A stretch of DNA of 64,000 nucleotides from Octopus vulgaris (lineage: Eukaryota): the NCBI GenBank assembly GCA_951406725.2, contig OX597816.1:83328001-83392000 (forward strand), given 5' to 3'. Shown here one piece after another: positions 1-14,225 of the stretch. Positions within the stretch are counted from its first letter, which is position 1. Each line of letters begins with the position of its first letter. Under the pieces are notes generated by a model, which saw nothing but the letters and a program-made list of their open reading frames with translations, ran no database searches and was not told where the DNA came from. The position numbers and the translations under genes are program-made.

Positions 1-622
1 CTATCTGTACTTAAATTCTTCTATGAGAGCCACTTTTAGACTGGCTCCTTCCATCAGCATAAACATAACTAAATAGACTATATGCTCGGTCCACACACGT
101 GAAGCAACACAAGGTTTGGTGAGTCATTAATTAAATTCAAGTAATAGAAAAGATAAAGAAAAACGAAAGAATATAAAAATAAAATGAACTATATCACCAC
201 CAACAGCAACGTCAACAGCAAAAAGCAACAAGGCCGAACAATTTAGCAGTAGACAGGAAATACACATAAATATACCATGTTCAGCACGAACACACATACA
301 TACATACATACATACATACATACATACATACATACATACATACATACATACATACGTATAGTGACACAAAATGTTTGTTTGATGAGTTCAACCATGGTAT
401 TATTATTATTATTATTTTTCTCTTCCTGCTAGAGTCCAGTCAATGTTTAAGCGAGTTTGATGGCCGCCGAGGGTGTGTAGATGAGAAATTAATTGATGTC
501 AGATAGCCAAGTTGAAGAATAAACATTTTTCTAAGACATAGAAATCCGTATCCATTTCTATAGCTAATACCCATCCACCATTCCACAAAATCTCTATCTC
601 CATCTCTCTCTAGCTCTCACCT

Positions 623-692
<70 letters not shown>

Positions 693-1350
693 AGTCATTT
701 CCTCTTTATATTTTTACATTCTTGCTATTTTCTTCGTTTGTTTTCTTTGTTTGTTTCTAACTTCCTTTCTCTTATTGACCGTTCTTTCTCTCTCATTCTC
801 TCTCTCTCTCTCATTCTCTCACTCTCTCCCTAACTCTCTCCCCCTCCCTCTCTCTCCCTCTCTCTCTGATACTTCCTTTTCTTTCTTGTTATTAACATTT
901 TTATTATAAACAGTGCAACATATAAAGTTTCTTGTTTCCAAACCACTGTCATATTTTTTTTCTTTTTTTCACTATTCTTTTGTTTTTGTTTTTACATTTG
1001 CAGAACAATTTATACTTATTTGTTTTGGCAAAAGGTAAGAAAAGGAGGAGAGAAGTTAAATAAAAGGATACGAAAAGAAGGAGTAAGAGGAAATGAATAA
1101 AAAGAAAGAAGTGGATGAAAATAAAGGGTTAATTTCATCGGACAGAAGGGGACAGAAGGTCAACATTAAGTAAAAAGAAAAAAAGGAAGAAAGAAAGGAA
1201 GTAATAAATAAGGAGAGAATAAGAAAAAAGAAAAATAGGGAAAAACTTAATATAAAAAAGCGTTGAAAATCAAAATAATAAAATGCAGAGAATTTAAAAT
1301 GGTAAACAGTGTTCAGATCTAGCCAACACTAACAAGAAAAGTATCTAGAT

Positions 1351-1645
1351 CAGTGGTTTCCAGCCGGGGCCCTATAAGATTTTGGTGGGGTCTACGCAAT
1401 CAGCATATGAAATTGTAGGCCCACAGTAGTATATCAAGGGTCCATGAAAAGATTTCCTTTCCATGCTTTCATTATAAGAAATATATTTCTTTCTCTAATG
1501 TTCTACATAGTTCAACCTACACAAGTTAATGTGCAAGAAACAAAATCTATAAAACTAGTTTCTAAATAACGAATGGCTATGGGGGTCCACTAGAATAAAG
1601 TAGTAATCAAAGGGGTCCATAGGTAAAAATGGCTGAGAACTACTG
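1351..1645. mobile_element. hAT-like non-autonomous DNA element (MITE), degraded
   Basis: Termini CAGTGGTTTCCAGCC and GGCTGAGAACTACTG are imperfect inverted repeats of the CAGTGGTTCTCAACC (Charlie/MER5-like) type. Repeated GGGGTCCA subterminal motifs. No TSD recognisable. Confidence 0.6.
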
Positions 1646-2834
1646 TCGGAGCGAGGACCAACTAGCCATCCTTAAAGATGACTGATGACATGCATGGTGA
1701 TTTTGTTTAAAGTGAAGAAGAGTTGCGCACAGTGAAATGCATTCCTTCGTCCGTTAACATCTTCAATTCAATGGCAAGACCAGATCCAAGGGGATAGCTA
1801 ACATGTCGTATTTGGTTCACCAACATGTCTTATTTGGTTCATATTGTTCTCTGCATTCCACAATGTATTACTGCAGCGAGCTTCCTCTTCGTTAACCATG
1901 ATGGTATTTTCCGCACTCTGCCGGACCCAGTCTTTACAAGCATAGGTAGGCATGCCCCTAATATGCTAATTTAAACTCATAACTGGGACAGGTGTTACAA
2001 CAACGAGTCAAAGTAAAGCTTGGAACAAATTGGTTAAGAAGTGATTCCACGCTCCTCAAAAACCTTAGAACTTCCGAAACACTGCCCCACTACCGAATGC
2101 AGTTAAAAGTCAAATCATTGACAAAACCCTTGATACGATATGTCTGAACAACAACAAAAATAAATATAATAGTCAGAGCTAAAATATCTGTTATTACATA
2201 ATCATTATATGATTACTCAAATAAGCCTGGCCTCATTTTCTGTTCCTCTTTCTGTCACATACTCACGCGCGCGTGCACACACACACATACACACACACAC
2301 ACACACATACAACCCATTTTAATCCCGAGTCAAACAACTTTCCTAAAACCTCTTCGTTACAATCATTCATTGGTATAGTTATTCGTCATTCAAAATATAG
2401 ACAAATGAGCAAATATCTGAACAAAACAACCATTCCAAACGGCCTGCTGGTCTTATTCAGTTGCCAGCATTTCGTTGCATGGTTTTATCAGAGAAACAAG
2501 AGTTTTCCGAAACTTGTGTGAGAAAATTGAGGACGAATTAAGCGCCCCCGGTTTTATTGATCACTACATTATCCTAATAAGTAGAAATACTGGGACTAAC
2601 CCCAATATTTTCCAGATAGTAGTGCTATTAATGCAACCACCAGATAGTCACATAAAAATCAATCAAAAACTGCTGGCACTTAATTCACCTTTGTGGGTAT
2701 TGGTAGCATTTACTTTTCTCTTTTCATTGTAAACTTAGGCAGCGTGATCGAAACCAGGACGTCATAACTGCGAAGCGAACTTCTAACCATTCTGTAATAC
2801 TGTATCTTTATATACACATTCATTGATATATATA

Positions 2835-2867
<33 letters not shown>

Positions 2868-2868
<1 letters not shown>

Positions 2869-3176
2869 GAGGCGCAATGGCCCAGTGGTTAGGGCAGCGG
2901 ACTCGCGGTCGTAGGATCGCGGTTTCGATTCCCAGACCGAGCGTTGTGAGTGTTTATTGAGCGGAAACACCCAAAGCTCTACGAGGCTCCGGCATGGGGT
3001 GGAGGCGATCCCTACTGTACTCTTTCGCCACAACTTTCTCTCACTCTTTCTTCTGTTGGCCTGCTCGCTTAGCCAACGGATGGCGTCATTTGAAAGCTAA
3101 AAACAATGCGAAGCGCATTGTGGCCAGCGATGTGTAGCAGCATCTGATAGCCTGGTCGATCACGGTGATCGCGGTG

Positions 3177-3178
<2 letters not shown>
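2868..3178 (+). mobile_element. tRNA-Arg(TCG)-headed SINE, tail type A
   Basis: A box TGGCCCAGTGG, anticodon-like GGAC-TCG-CGGTC, B box GGTTTCGATTCC. The same head and body occur at 34130-34495(-), 38705-38910(-) and 58130-58500(+). Flanked by (GT)n and (TA)n. Confidence 0.85.
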
Positions 3179-3209
<31 letters not shown>

Positions 3210-3211
3210 TA

Positions 3212-3543
3212 CAGGAGGTAAATAGATACTTTTAATTTTCAAAATTTCTGATTTAAGCGTCTTAATATGATTTCAGCGGTGTAGAATTTACAATGTAATC
3301 ATTCTTTTTCATTCCATGTGCCATTATATTAAACATTTGTGAAGAGTAACCATGCCACGCTCAAAAATTTCAGCAGAACTGTCAGATTTTCGAAGAGGTT
3401 GTATTGTTGGGCAATCTGAAACTGGTCTTAGCCAGCGAAAAATTGCCGAAAATCTTCAAATTCCTCTTGCTACTGTTAATAGAATTATAGTGCAATTCAA
3501 AAGCCAAGGAAAAGAATCAACAGATTTTCGTCGAGGATTTTAA
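3212..3543 (+). pseudogene. Tc1-family transposase N-terminal (paired HTH) fragment with left end
   Basis: ORF 3352-3543 [50 protein letters not shown] resembles a Tc1 N-terminal HTH. The element appears to start at TA-CAG. No DDE domain follows. Confidence 0.7.
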
Positions 3544-4809
3544 ACTTGGTCTAGAGCCTCTTAAGTAAAGGAACCCGATTCAAAACAAGAAACTGATATA
3601 TTCCCCGAAATGAAGTAAACCCTAATGTACTTGAGAATAAATTAAACGCATCTTGATTGTCTTGGAGACTTCCAATTCACTTGTAGCATTCACACGTTAA
3701 GAACCTTTGCGAAAGTGTTCAAGAGTGTTAGCCTCAAATTGATCACTACTTTGTCGTACGCACGCGTGCACACACATACGCTCACTGAAACACACAGACA
3801 CACGCTAACACGTATGCACAGACCTACACTGTAGAAAATATACAGTTCTTGTTTATAACAAGGACATCTGTCAGATCACCCTCACCTGCCCTCTCATGCC
3901 TGTGTTGAACGAGCTAATGACGGGACTCGAACCAATGGAGAAGCTTGCATTTGGTCAGTTGATCTATTAGGAACTGTTGCGAGAAGTTTTTGAGAAATCA
4001 TTTTCTACTGTTTTTAAAAAAGAAAAGGCAAAAAATTGAATGATGTAGTCCTGGGTATACTGTCTTCTAGATTATTGTGCTTGAAAAATAAGACGAAATG
4101 GTCACAGATGGAATGTGTTAGATTAGCGCTAACTTAGGATAAAAAAAATAAAACAGACCAACAAGAACAATCAGAAACTGTTAGAATGTCGGAGTTGCAG
4201 AGGTCAATCCATTATTTGCATTCCTAGAAATTTGAAATGCCCTGAGTATCGGACGAGGAAATATAAATGAACGAAAAGAGAAAATTAAACCACAGAGAGA
4301 GAGGGTGATACAAACACGCAGTCAGAGAAAAGGGAAGAGAGAATCAGAGAGAGAGAGAGAGAGAGAGAGAAGAGAGGGGGGAGAAGAAGAAGTGAGACAA
4401 AGAAGAAAGGAAGTGTGTATGAAAGACGAGGCGGGGCGTTGAATGAGTTTCAAAGATACTGTATTCGAATTTGACAGTAAAAACACCATAAAGAGTTCGC
4501 TTGTCAACAACTTCGAGTCACGGACTCGTTTGGTCTCCACATATTTCTACGTCTTATAAAATAAACAGTCCAACCATGGTGTACTCTTGCTCTAACTGGC
4601 CCTTCCCCCTTCCAACCACCCTTTTATCACTCTCTATTAACCGTCAATTTGCCTCTATGTCTGTTTGGTTTTTCCTTTCAGTGTCCTACTGAGAAATTAA
4701 CGAAAATAGCGAAATACCCGCGAACGTATCATAGCATACCTCCAGGCGCTGTTTGTTGTTGTTGTTGTGTGTGCGCATGACTTGTATATGAGTGTATTTA
4801 TGTGTTTGT

Positions 4810-5175
4810 GTGTGTAGCTGTGAGGTAAGAAGCCTACTTCTCAACCACTTGATTCCGGGTTCAGTCCGAGTACGTGACATTTTGGAGCAAGTGTCTTCTG
4901 CTATAGCCTCAAGCTGACCAAAGCCTTGTGAGTGGATTTGGTAGACAGAAACTGAAAAAAACCTGTCGTATATATGTATATATATATGTGGGGGGGGGGT
5001 TTACGCGCGCGCGTTTTTGTGTCTGTGTTTGTTACCCATCACCGTTTGACAACCGGTGTTGGTGTGTTTACGTCCCCGTAACTTAGCTGTTCCGAAAAGG
5101 AGTACTGGATGGATTTGTTCTATTAAAACCTTTCAAGGCATGGTGCTCCAGTATGGCCGCAGCCAAATGACTGAA
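4810..5175 (+). mobile_element. tRNA-derived SINE group A (internal microsatellite, LINE-derived tail)
   Basis: Head ...GGGTTCAGTCC, body GCAAGTGTCTTCT...GCCTTGTGAGTGGATTTGGTAGAC, tail GGTGCTCCAGTATGGCCGCAGCCAAATGACTGAAA. More than 10 copies in the window. Confidence 0.85.
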
Positions 5176-6741
5176 ATGTATGTATGTATGTATGTATGTA
5201 TGTATGTATGTATGTATGTATGTATGTATGTATGCATATACCAGCAACATTAGTTTCTGGTTATGCCTTAATTTAAGCACATTGTTCCAACACTCACTCC
5301 TTCCCAAATCTACATTCTACATAAGAATTTTCAAGATTATCTCTATAGATTTCCTAAACAATTCCGAGCCAGCACTGCAAGTTACAGCGTTTCGTTTATG
5401 AATATTTCTATGAATAAACACTTCGATCGAAGATAGGAAAATGGGTAATAGGTGTATTTCGTTTTTCTACTATACTGAAGGTCTACGATATTCTCATTTC
5501 TAAATTTATCCATATAGATTTTCTACGAATTACTGTGCCCTTGCTAACAGTTAATACTTATATTGCAGCTATCAGGAATGTGTTTAATATGTAAATCGTT
5601 CTATCCAATATTGTTATATCGCTAAACTCAGTGAATATTTAAGCAATGCATTCATGTATCCAATGCATTGGATGAGGTGCTGAGGAAAGAGCAATAACTC
5701 TTGAAATGTGCATGTACATCCACAACCTATATTTTCTATCTACAATCGCATTGTTGACATATACGTATTCGTATACGAAGCGTTGTAACTTACAGTGTTG
5801 GCTAAGAATTCTATGGAAAATGTATATGGCTAAACTTAAAAATGAGAATATTGTACAGCTTGCACAAGAAAGTAAGGCGCAACATTGACTTGTAAACCTT
5901 TAATATATTGGCAGTATATTATGGTTGCAAAACGAAATACTGTGCCCATGCTAACAATTCGTAAACCCTATATGTGTGTACACTCACACACACACACATA
6001 TATATATATATTTAAATATTGTGTGTGTTTATATATATATATATATACGCGCACGCTCATACACGCACATGTACACACACTTATATAAATATTATTGTCC
6101 TCTGATTTAGAAAATAAAAGCAAAAATAAAACAGTTTTTTGTCACATTAACCGAGGAATACATAACACCACTTGCACCCTCTACTTCCAACTTGAAATTA
6201 TCATCAAAATTACAAAAACAAATATGAAAACAACAACAACACCACCACCATCAACGACAACAAGTAACAACTACAACAATAAATCAATGATAACACAAAA
6301 TAAAAATAAATTTAAATAAAATCTTGAACTCGACGAAAAATAAACATGATTGATTAGGTATTATTATTTCAACGTTTCAGGTTTTGCCCTTTTTTTCTGT
6401 CACCCGGCATCAACCTCTTCATTTTATTTGCTTTTTTTAGTAGCTTAAAATAACATGAACCGTCCCAAATGAGCAATAAAATATAACAAACGGCCTTATT
6501 TTTTCAAAAGTCCGAAACTTGACTTACCTACTAAAATGTATAAATAAATGATTAAACATACAAATGAAGGAATGAATGACTGAATGAATAACCGAATGAA
6601 AGAATTTAGGAATATGCCCAAATAATATCGCTGGCCTGGTTGTAGCATAGACTGTAAGGTCAATTCAGCAATACTTTTAGCAACTGAGTCCGTCTTGGTA
6701 AACCTTGTCGATGTAGGTTATATTAAACCAAAGTTGCCATA

Positions 6742-6801
<60 letters not shown>

Positions 6802-6834
6802 AAACGCACCCACACCCACCCACACATACATATA

Positions 6835-7175
6835 CAAGAAACTTGCTTCTCAACCACATGGTCCCGGTTTCAGTCCTACAACGTGGCATCTTGAACTATA
6901 GTCACCAGTCGTCACCTTGTGAGTGGATTTGGTTGATGGAAATTGAAAGCAGACCGTCGTGTGTGCGTGTGTGTGTGTTTGTGTCTTTGTTCTCAACCCC
7001 CACCTCTTGACAAGCGGTGTTGGTGTGTTTACGTCTCCGTAAATTAGTTGTTCAGCAAAAGGGAGTATCAGGCTTTAAAGAAATTAGCACTGGGGTCGGT
7101 TTGCTCGACTGAAATTCTTCAAGGTGGTGCTACAGCATCACCGCAGTCTAATGAATGAAACAAGTGAAAGATAAA
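6835..7175 (+). mobile_element. SINE group A copy
   Basis: Same head, body and tail motifs as 4810-5175. Confidence 0.8.
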
Positions 7176-7180
7176 AAATA

Positions 7181-7435
7181 CAAGGTGCGGCAGAAAGGTC
7201 GACCTGATTTCAAAGGTTAACATAAAACAAACACAAGAAGATGCCTAAAAAATCTTTGCATTTCTATGAAGATCATTAAATGCCATTTTTTGTCTGCTTC
7301 GGGTAGTATCCACCATGGTCTGGAGTAGAGAGCATCGTGTATTTGTTAGAAAGACAAAGTTTTTTTTTTCTTTATCTTCATGTATTTGTGTTTTACTAAC
7401 CTTTTAAATCGGGACAATCTTTCTGCTGCACCCTG
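7181..7435. mobile_element. Tc1/mariner-type MITE
   Basis: Imperfect TIRs of about 39 bp: CAAGGTGCGGCAGAAAGGTCGACCTGATTTCAAAGGTTA and TAACCTTTTAAATCGGGACAATCTTTCTGCTGCACCCTG. TA on the left side. Confidence 0.7.
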
Positions 7436-7799
7436 AGGAATTTCAACCATATTTCGTGGTCTGCTACCACAACAGCTCCTTTATAGGATCCAGTGAGCTC
7501 AAGACATCATCTGGAGAAACCACGTCCGGTTTCGGCCCCTACTCCGCTACCGTTTTGACGTGGCGCCCCCCCCCTTTTCGGAGGTGTCTTCATTTCTGGT
7601 GTTGGGTGCATGTCTTCTTTCTCCTTTCTTCTGTTCCCTGGTCTCTTCGATGTAGCGTCAACGAGTGTCATCACTATATACATCACTATATCGACCTGAT
7701 TATCAGTCGTTGTTATGCACCGTTAGTCTCAATGAGCTTCTTTGCATTATTGTAGCTTGCAAATAACGCCATCCGACTGCCTAGGCAGGCAAGCAGGCC

Positions 7800-7980
7800 A
7801 ATACACTCCCTGAACGAAAAGCTAGTTTTGCAGCAGAACTTATCCATTTACTTACTGTTGAGCAGAGTGGAGCAACGTGAAATGAAGTGTTTTGCTCAAG
7901 CACACAACGCACTGTCGGTCTGGTAATCGAAACTAGCTCTTGCGATTGAAAGTCTAACACTCTAACCACGTTGCCACACA
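7800..7980 (-). mobile_element. tRNA-headed CORE-like SINE (group B), degraded
   Basis: Minus strand TTGAGCAAAACACTTCATTTCACGTTGCTCC, shared with 19433-19765, 11150-11340 and 31205-31510. Confidence 0.7.
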
Positions 7981-8121
7981 TCCTCATACGCGCGGGCGCA
8001 CGCACACATACACACGCGCACACACACACGTGCGCACACGCACATACATGCACGCATGCACACACACACATACACACAAGCAAACACACACATGCATATA
8101 TAATATATTATTTATTAGGGA

Positions 8122-8176
<55 letters not shown>

Positions 8177-10243
8177 CATACTTATATATGTATGTGTATG
8201 TACGTATCCATATATATATATATGTGTGTGTGTGTGTATACACTTGCATATATTGAGAAAACAATGAACACAAAGAGGAGCAACACAAGAGCGACAACTT
8301 TGAACAAATGATGTATTAGTTTAACACCTAAAAGGAAAGGAGAGTGTTTTGACCTTTCGGATGCGGTGTCCTACATCAGACGAAAAATAGAAAGGAAAAT
8401 AGTAAACGAACGAGAAAAAGTGATTACACTGTCGGAAGTTCTGACTGATATCCATTGCACACACACATATACGTGTGCGCGCGCACGTTTGCGTGCGTAT
8501 GTTTGTGTGTGTGTTTGAATATGTGCATGCATAAATTATGTTACTTTTTGTAAATGAGGCAAAATCCGAGGGCTCTGAAATGGGCACCAACGATGGTTTG
8601 AATACATAACTTTACATAACGGATCAGAAGTGAAGTATTTCAAGAAAGAGTCGATCTTATTCATTTATTCAACTGCCTACTCACTCATTCTCTCTACCCT
8701 CTGCTCAATCACTCAGTTTCGTGGACATTGACTAACTCACTGACTCACTCACTCAATCATTCCGTCATTCACTTACTCTCCCGCCACCCACTCAATCTAT
8801 CAATCACGTGTCACGCATCAATTATCTTCCTCCATTTCCCTCCCTGTTCCCGTAATTTTTACGAGGGTGTCTGTGCGGCGTTGGTCTCTCTGGTAAAAAG
8901 AGCTGCCAAATCTCTCTTAAATCACCCCACCGTTGTTTTGGTAAATGATACTTTAGATCAGTCACGAGCAAGCTGAGGCCCGTATCGCTTTCTGAATGAC
9001 ACGCCTTACGAAAATTTACCTTGAATCTTTTTAATAATGCGTCCTTCTTGGTGGTGAGTCATATTTCATGCGGCTCGCTTCTCGAAAAGGTTGCTTATGC
9101 TTGCTTTAAATAATGCACTCCTGGTTCCCTGCACATGAGAATATAGAACTGCCAAGAGTGGAATGTCTTTGATCAATCAAGTTTTATCTGGAGTTAACGA
9201 ACATCAGCAAAGCACGTACTGGTGGTACTTACTGTTTGTTAAACTATGTTTCTGTGAGATAAGAGTAATGACAACTGGAACACACGTGCATTGTCATAGA
9301 CGTTACTCGAAACATGAATCCATCGATTCCAATATCTTCTTCAGGCTTTACTCCGTTCTTTTCCTATTTATACATATAATCTTTTCCTTTCCACCAATGT
9401 ATCATCTATTTACTTTAACTTACCTCGACCTTTCTGCCTTAAGTAATCATTTTTAGCAATCTCATATCACCCTTCTTTACTCGCCCCACCTCTGTCTATC
9501 CTCTATGTATCATATATCCTTCAATCTGTTTGTCTATCTCATCTGCTCTCTCTTTCTCCACCTCTTTATCGTTCTTATATAGTTTCGCTTGTTTTAAGTT
9601 TTCAAAGTGACAAATTTATCAGTAAGATCCAGTAATAACATAGTAAAACATCAATAGCAAATTATATTTATATTACACACACACACACTTGCACGCGCAC
9701 AAACACTCGCATGCACACATACACACATATGAGTGTGTGACTTTTTGCATGTACGTGCCTATAATTATTATTCATATACAGCACATTACATGTAATCCAG
9801 TACGTCTTTGAGGTACCGGCTGGTAATTATTTCTCGTTAGCTAAACTCTGTTTCTGGGAAATTAGTTGTGCCAACTGGAGTACGGCCTCTATGAGAGACG
9901 GGATTAGATATAATGCGTTGTACGTTGGGTAAGTGTTCTCGTGTCCTCACGCCAAGCCTTGTGAGTGAAACTTTATTGCTCATCGGATAGTTTGTACTTG
10001 TATTTCAAACGGCCAGCCTTCTGGCACATAATATCTCACTGATTCTGATTGTGTTAAAACCCCGAGTGTCTGTCAAATACTCAACTTCTTACACTGCAGC
10101 TGGATGCGTTCATTTGATCACCCAACTGGAATGTTCATCATAGAATCAAAAGGAGGAGCTATTTATTGTTCACGTGTTGTTCTAGAGATACATTTAGTGC
10201 CGTTAGTTTGTTCAAATCTGTTATTTTTAAACATCGCCATAAA

Positions 10244-10420
10244 GCGGCGAGCTGGCAGAATCGTTTGCACGGGCAAAATACTTCGTCCGCCTTTATGTTC
10301 TGAGTTCAAATTTCGTTGAGGTCGACTTCGACTTTCATCCTTTCAGATAAGTAGAGAGGTCGATGTAATCGACTTGTCACCTCCCCTGAAATGCTGGCTT
10401 TGTACCAAAATTTGAGACCA
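10244..10420 (+). mobile_element. SINE group C (GGCGAGCTGGCAGAA head; Meta/Sauria-like central domain)
   Basis: GTTCTGAGTTCAAATT...GAGGTCGACTT..CTTTCATCCTTTC motif, shared with 13389-13600, 13622-13820 and 15490-15646. Confidence 0.7.
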
Positions 10421-10863
10421 TTATTATACATTGATATATTTGAACTAGCGTCCTCATTTTAGTTGTTAATAAAATCGTATTCTTCAATCGGTAGTAAAGA
10501 ATATTCTTAATATGTACCATAACCTATCTGTTATCTTGTTTAAATTAAGTATAGTTAATTCCTCTTTTCTATCTAGTACATTAACTTGATTGGTGCAACG
10601 TGTGTGAAGGGAATTTTATTCTACTACAATAGCAACAAAGTATATCTTGACAAGGATTTGTATCTTCTCCTCACAAAATCAATTTAATTTTGTCCAGTTT
10701 GGACCTTTCGTACATTGTGTATATAAAGAGCGAAATTTTTGTGTATATTTAGAGTTAATCTGCTGATGTAACCGTGATGTTCTGGCGATCTCATGAGCTA
10801 GCTTTCATTATTTTCATTAATTTATGAATATACTATTGTATTATGCTGAGCATACTTATTAAT

Positions 10864-10915
<52 letters not shown>

Positions 10916-11149
10916 AAAAGAAGCGAAACTATATTAGAACGATAAAGAGGTGGAGAAACAGAAAGCAGATGAGATAGAGAGAAAGCATATGATATTGACA
11001 AACACGGAGAATGTAGTCACTGACATTTAAAATAACAGGGGGTTGATCATAGGTGGAACGGTGATGGTCATAAAAGATAGGATAAAGATACTTCCCGATT
11101 CGAGTCATATAGACTCATGGGGCCATTTTCCGGCTTCCTGGATTCCGTG

Positions 11150-11340
11150 GCATATATATTCACCACCTGGGCGGAACGGTGGTCCATCGCAGGATAATTC
11201 GTTTTTGTCGGATGAGCGGACTGGGGCAACATGAAATGAAGTGTTATGCTCAAGAGCATAACGCGACACTCTTTTCAGGAGTCGAAACCACAATCTTGCG
11301 CTCATGAGTTCAACTCTCTAGCCACTAAGCCATGCCCCTC
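11150..11340 (-). mobile_element. SINE group B copy
   Basis: Minus strand GGCATGGCTTAGTGGCTAGAG head, GTTTCGACTCC B box, CTTGAGCATAACACTTCATTTCATGTTGC core. Confidence 0.7.
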
Positions 11341-12380
11341 CACATTGTTGATCATAGATTTCCTCAATTTGGACCGACTTGAGCTTTGCTGAACCACTGA
11401 TAACTATCGACATCTAGGGTTGTTATCCGCTGGTGTATCAGCCAGATGCAAGCTTATAAAATTTATAATAGCGGCTCCAACTCCAAGTTCTAGGGATATC
11501 AAGTGCTCCACAAAAAGAGTAAGAGTGTGGGGGTATATGTGCAGTATTCAAAATTTGAAAGAACGACCATGTAAAATGTGCTTGGTTTATTTACTTAAAT
11601 CATTGAACTGAGAAATGAAATAGGCAAACGGTTTCGTTGAAAGATAATTCATTCAAATTATTGAATTCACAAGAATTCGTGGAAAAATTCATTTCAATAA
11701 AAGGGATCTTTGTGGAACAATTGGGAACAACTGATTTATATTATAGATACAATGGATTAAATAGCACTCAGCTCCCAGTATTTGACAAGTATTTTATTAT
11801 AACCACCTTGTAAGGATGAAAAACAGAGTCAAACCCGGTGGGATTTGAATGTAGATGTTAAAGGGGCGAAACTAAGAACCACAAGACATTTTCCTATTTT
11901 TCAACCAATTATACTAATATATCTTCATCGCGTATTTATAATATTGGTCAAAGAGGATCCCGATCCATGTAACCTTGGTACTGTATGAATGTGAAACCTA
12001 CTGCCCTAAATATCAGGACACAAAAATATTGCTCCGTTTTAAATGTACTAAATAAACTGAGATGGAATTTTTACTATTGCTGGAGTCGATGCAAAGGCTA
12101 TGAAGCATCTACCTTTAATAGACGTCTTATAGTGCAGCATCAGACAGCGGTGACCAAACTCGATAAATGTCTACCTACGATGCAAAACAAATCCAGCAGG
12201 TTTCTATTCCTCCATTTGTGTGAAGATGACACAGTCCCTCGTCCGGTTTAACAACACAACGTGATCCTTAGGTGCTTTTTAGCAGGGTTGACTTTGTTGC
12301 AAGCATTCAGACCGAATCTCCGATCTGTGATTAACATTATTTCAAAAGTCTCGGAAATCCTAAAGAGGCTAATGGGTGTT

Positions 12381-12457
<77 letters not shown>

Positions 12458-13388
12458 TTTTTCTTTCCGACTAAAAAAAAAGAAGAGCTAATAATACACT
12501 GTGGTTTGGTTTATCATTTGTAATGTATGACATGGAGACTACGTTGTATTTTGTGTGTTTGTCAGGTGGTTATTTTGTGCGAATTAATGTTGTTCTTGAC
12601 GATGTTAGTTGTTCTGAGCGTTATTCGATGTTGAAGGAGGAAGAGGAAAAGAAGTAGAAGAAGTAGAAGAATAAAAAGAAGAAGAAGAGGGAGAAGAAGG
12701 AAATGATGATGGTAGTAACGACGACTATGATGATGAAGCAATTAGTAAAAATGAAATAGTAAACAATGAAGCGATGTAATGGAGTAAGAATAAAAAGAAA
12801 GCAAAATTAAATGTGAGTAAAATAATTAAGGGAGCGGGGAGGAAGACGAAGGGTAACGACAGAGAAGAAGAGGAAAATAAGACGACGAGAAGTAACAGAA
12901 AGAAAGGAATAAAATAAGTAAATATAAAGAAATCTGGAGAAGTAAAAGAAAATAACAAACAAGAAAAAGGAAATAGAAAAATAACAAAGCAAAAGAAGAA
13001 GATAACGGATAAAATGGGGAAAAAGTGAAACAATAAATAAATAAACAAATAGATAAATAAATAATGCAAAGAGAAACAGTAGCAACAACAATATCAACAA
13101 CGGTGAAGCGGAAGAAGTACAAGATAAGGACAGCTTGAATAACATGTGAAGTGACCAATGTGTTAATTTAGGAAATACAGCAAGAAATAAAATAAGAGGA
13201 AATAATAACGAATATAAGAAAAACAAAATTGAAAAATAAAAAAGAAGAAAAAAGGGAAGTAACTTGGAAGAACCTTACAAGAAACTGTAGTGTAAGAGAA
13301 CTGGTAATATGGCTAACAATTTGTATTGCTTTCTTATGCAACACTTCGTAGAGGGTTACAGTAATTAATACATTAATTATTTTGAAAG

Positions 13389-13820
13389 GGGCAGTGAGCT
13401 GGCAACATCGTTAGTACACACCGGGCAAAATGCTTAACGATATTGCGTCTTTATGCTCTGAGTTCAAATTCCGCTGAGGTCGACTTTACCTTTTATCCCT
13501 TCGTGGTTGATAAATTACGTACCAGTTGCGTACTGGGGTAGATCTAATCGACTGGCCCCCCTCCCCCAAAATTTCGGGCCTTGTGCCTATAGTAGAAAAG
13601 AATATATTAATTTTTTGAAGAAGGCGGTGAGCTGGCAACACCGTTAGCACACACCAGGCAAAATGCTTAACAATATGTCATCTTCATGTTCTGAGTTCAA
13701 ATTCCGCTGAGGTCGACTTTGCCTTTCATCCCCTCGGGATCGATGAAATAAGTACCAGTTGAGCACTGGGGTCGATGCAATCGACTACCCGCTAAATTCC
13801 AGGCTTGTTCCTATAGTATA
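13389..13820 (+). mobile_element. Two tandem SINE group C copies
   Basis: Copies at about 13389-13600 and 13622-13820, both with GAGTTCAAATTCCGCTGAGGTCGACTTT and AGTACCAGTTG..ACTGGGGT. Confidence 0.8.
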
Positions 13821-13856
13821 AAGGAACAGATTAACGTTAAAGAGCGGGGTCTCTAG

Positions 13857-13993
13857 CATGGCTATGTGGTTAAGAAAATTGATTTGCGACCACATGATTT
13901 CGTGTTCAATCCCACCTAGTTGCATTTTAGGCAAATGGTTTGTGAGTGAATAATTTTGTAAGTGGAAACTGTGTTGAAGCCCGTTGTATATAT

Positions 13994-14029
<36 letters not shown>

Positions 14030-14225
14030 GTGTGTGTGTGTGTGGTCCACCGCTGGTCATCTGGCGTTTGTCTGTTTACATCCCTGTAACTTAGCAGTTC
14101 GGCTAAAGAAAGGAAAGAATATGTACGAATTTAAAAAGAAATATTGGGCTCGATTTATTCAAATAAGACCCATTCAGGAGATGCCCCAGCATGGCCACAG
14201 TCCAAAGACTGAAACATAAAAAAAA
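13857..14225 (+). mobile_element. SINE group A copy
   Basis: GGCTATGTGGTTAAGAA head, internal (TA)n(TG)n, tail CCCCAGCATGGCCACAGTCCAAAGACTGAAAC. Confidence 0.75.

Noticed and set aside
2868-2945. tRNA-Arg gene
   Set aside because: The acceptor stem does not close and the head continues into a SINE body present in several copies.
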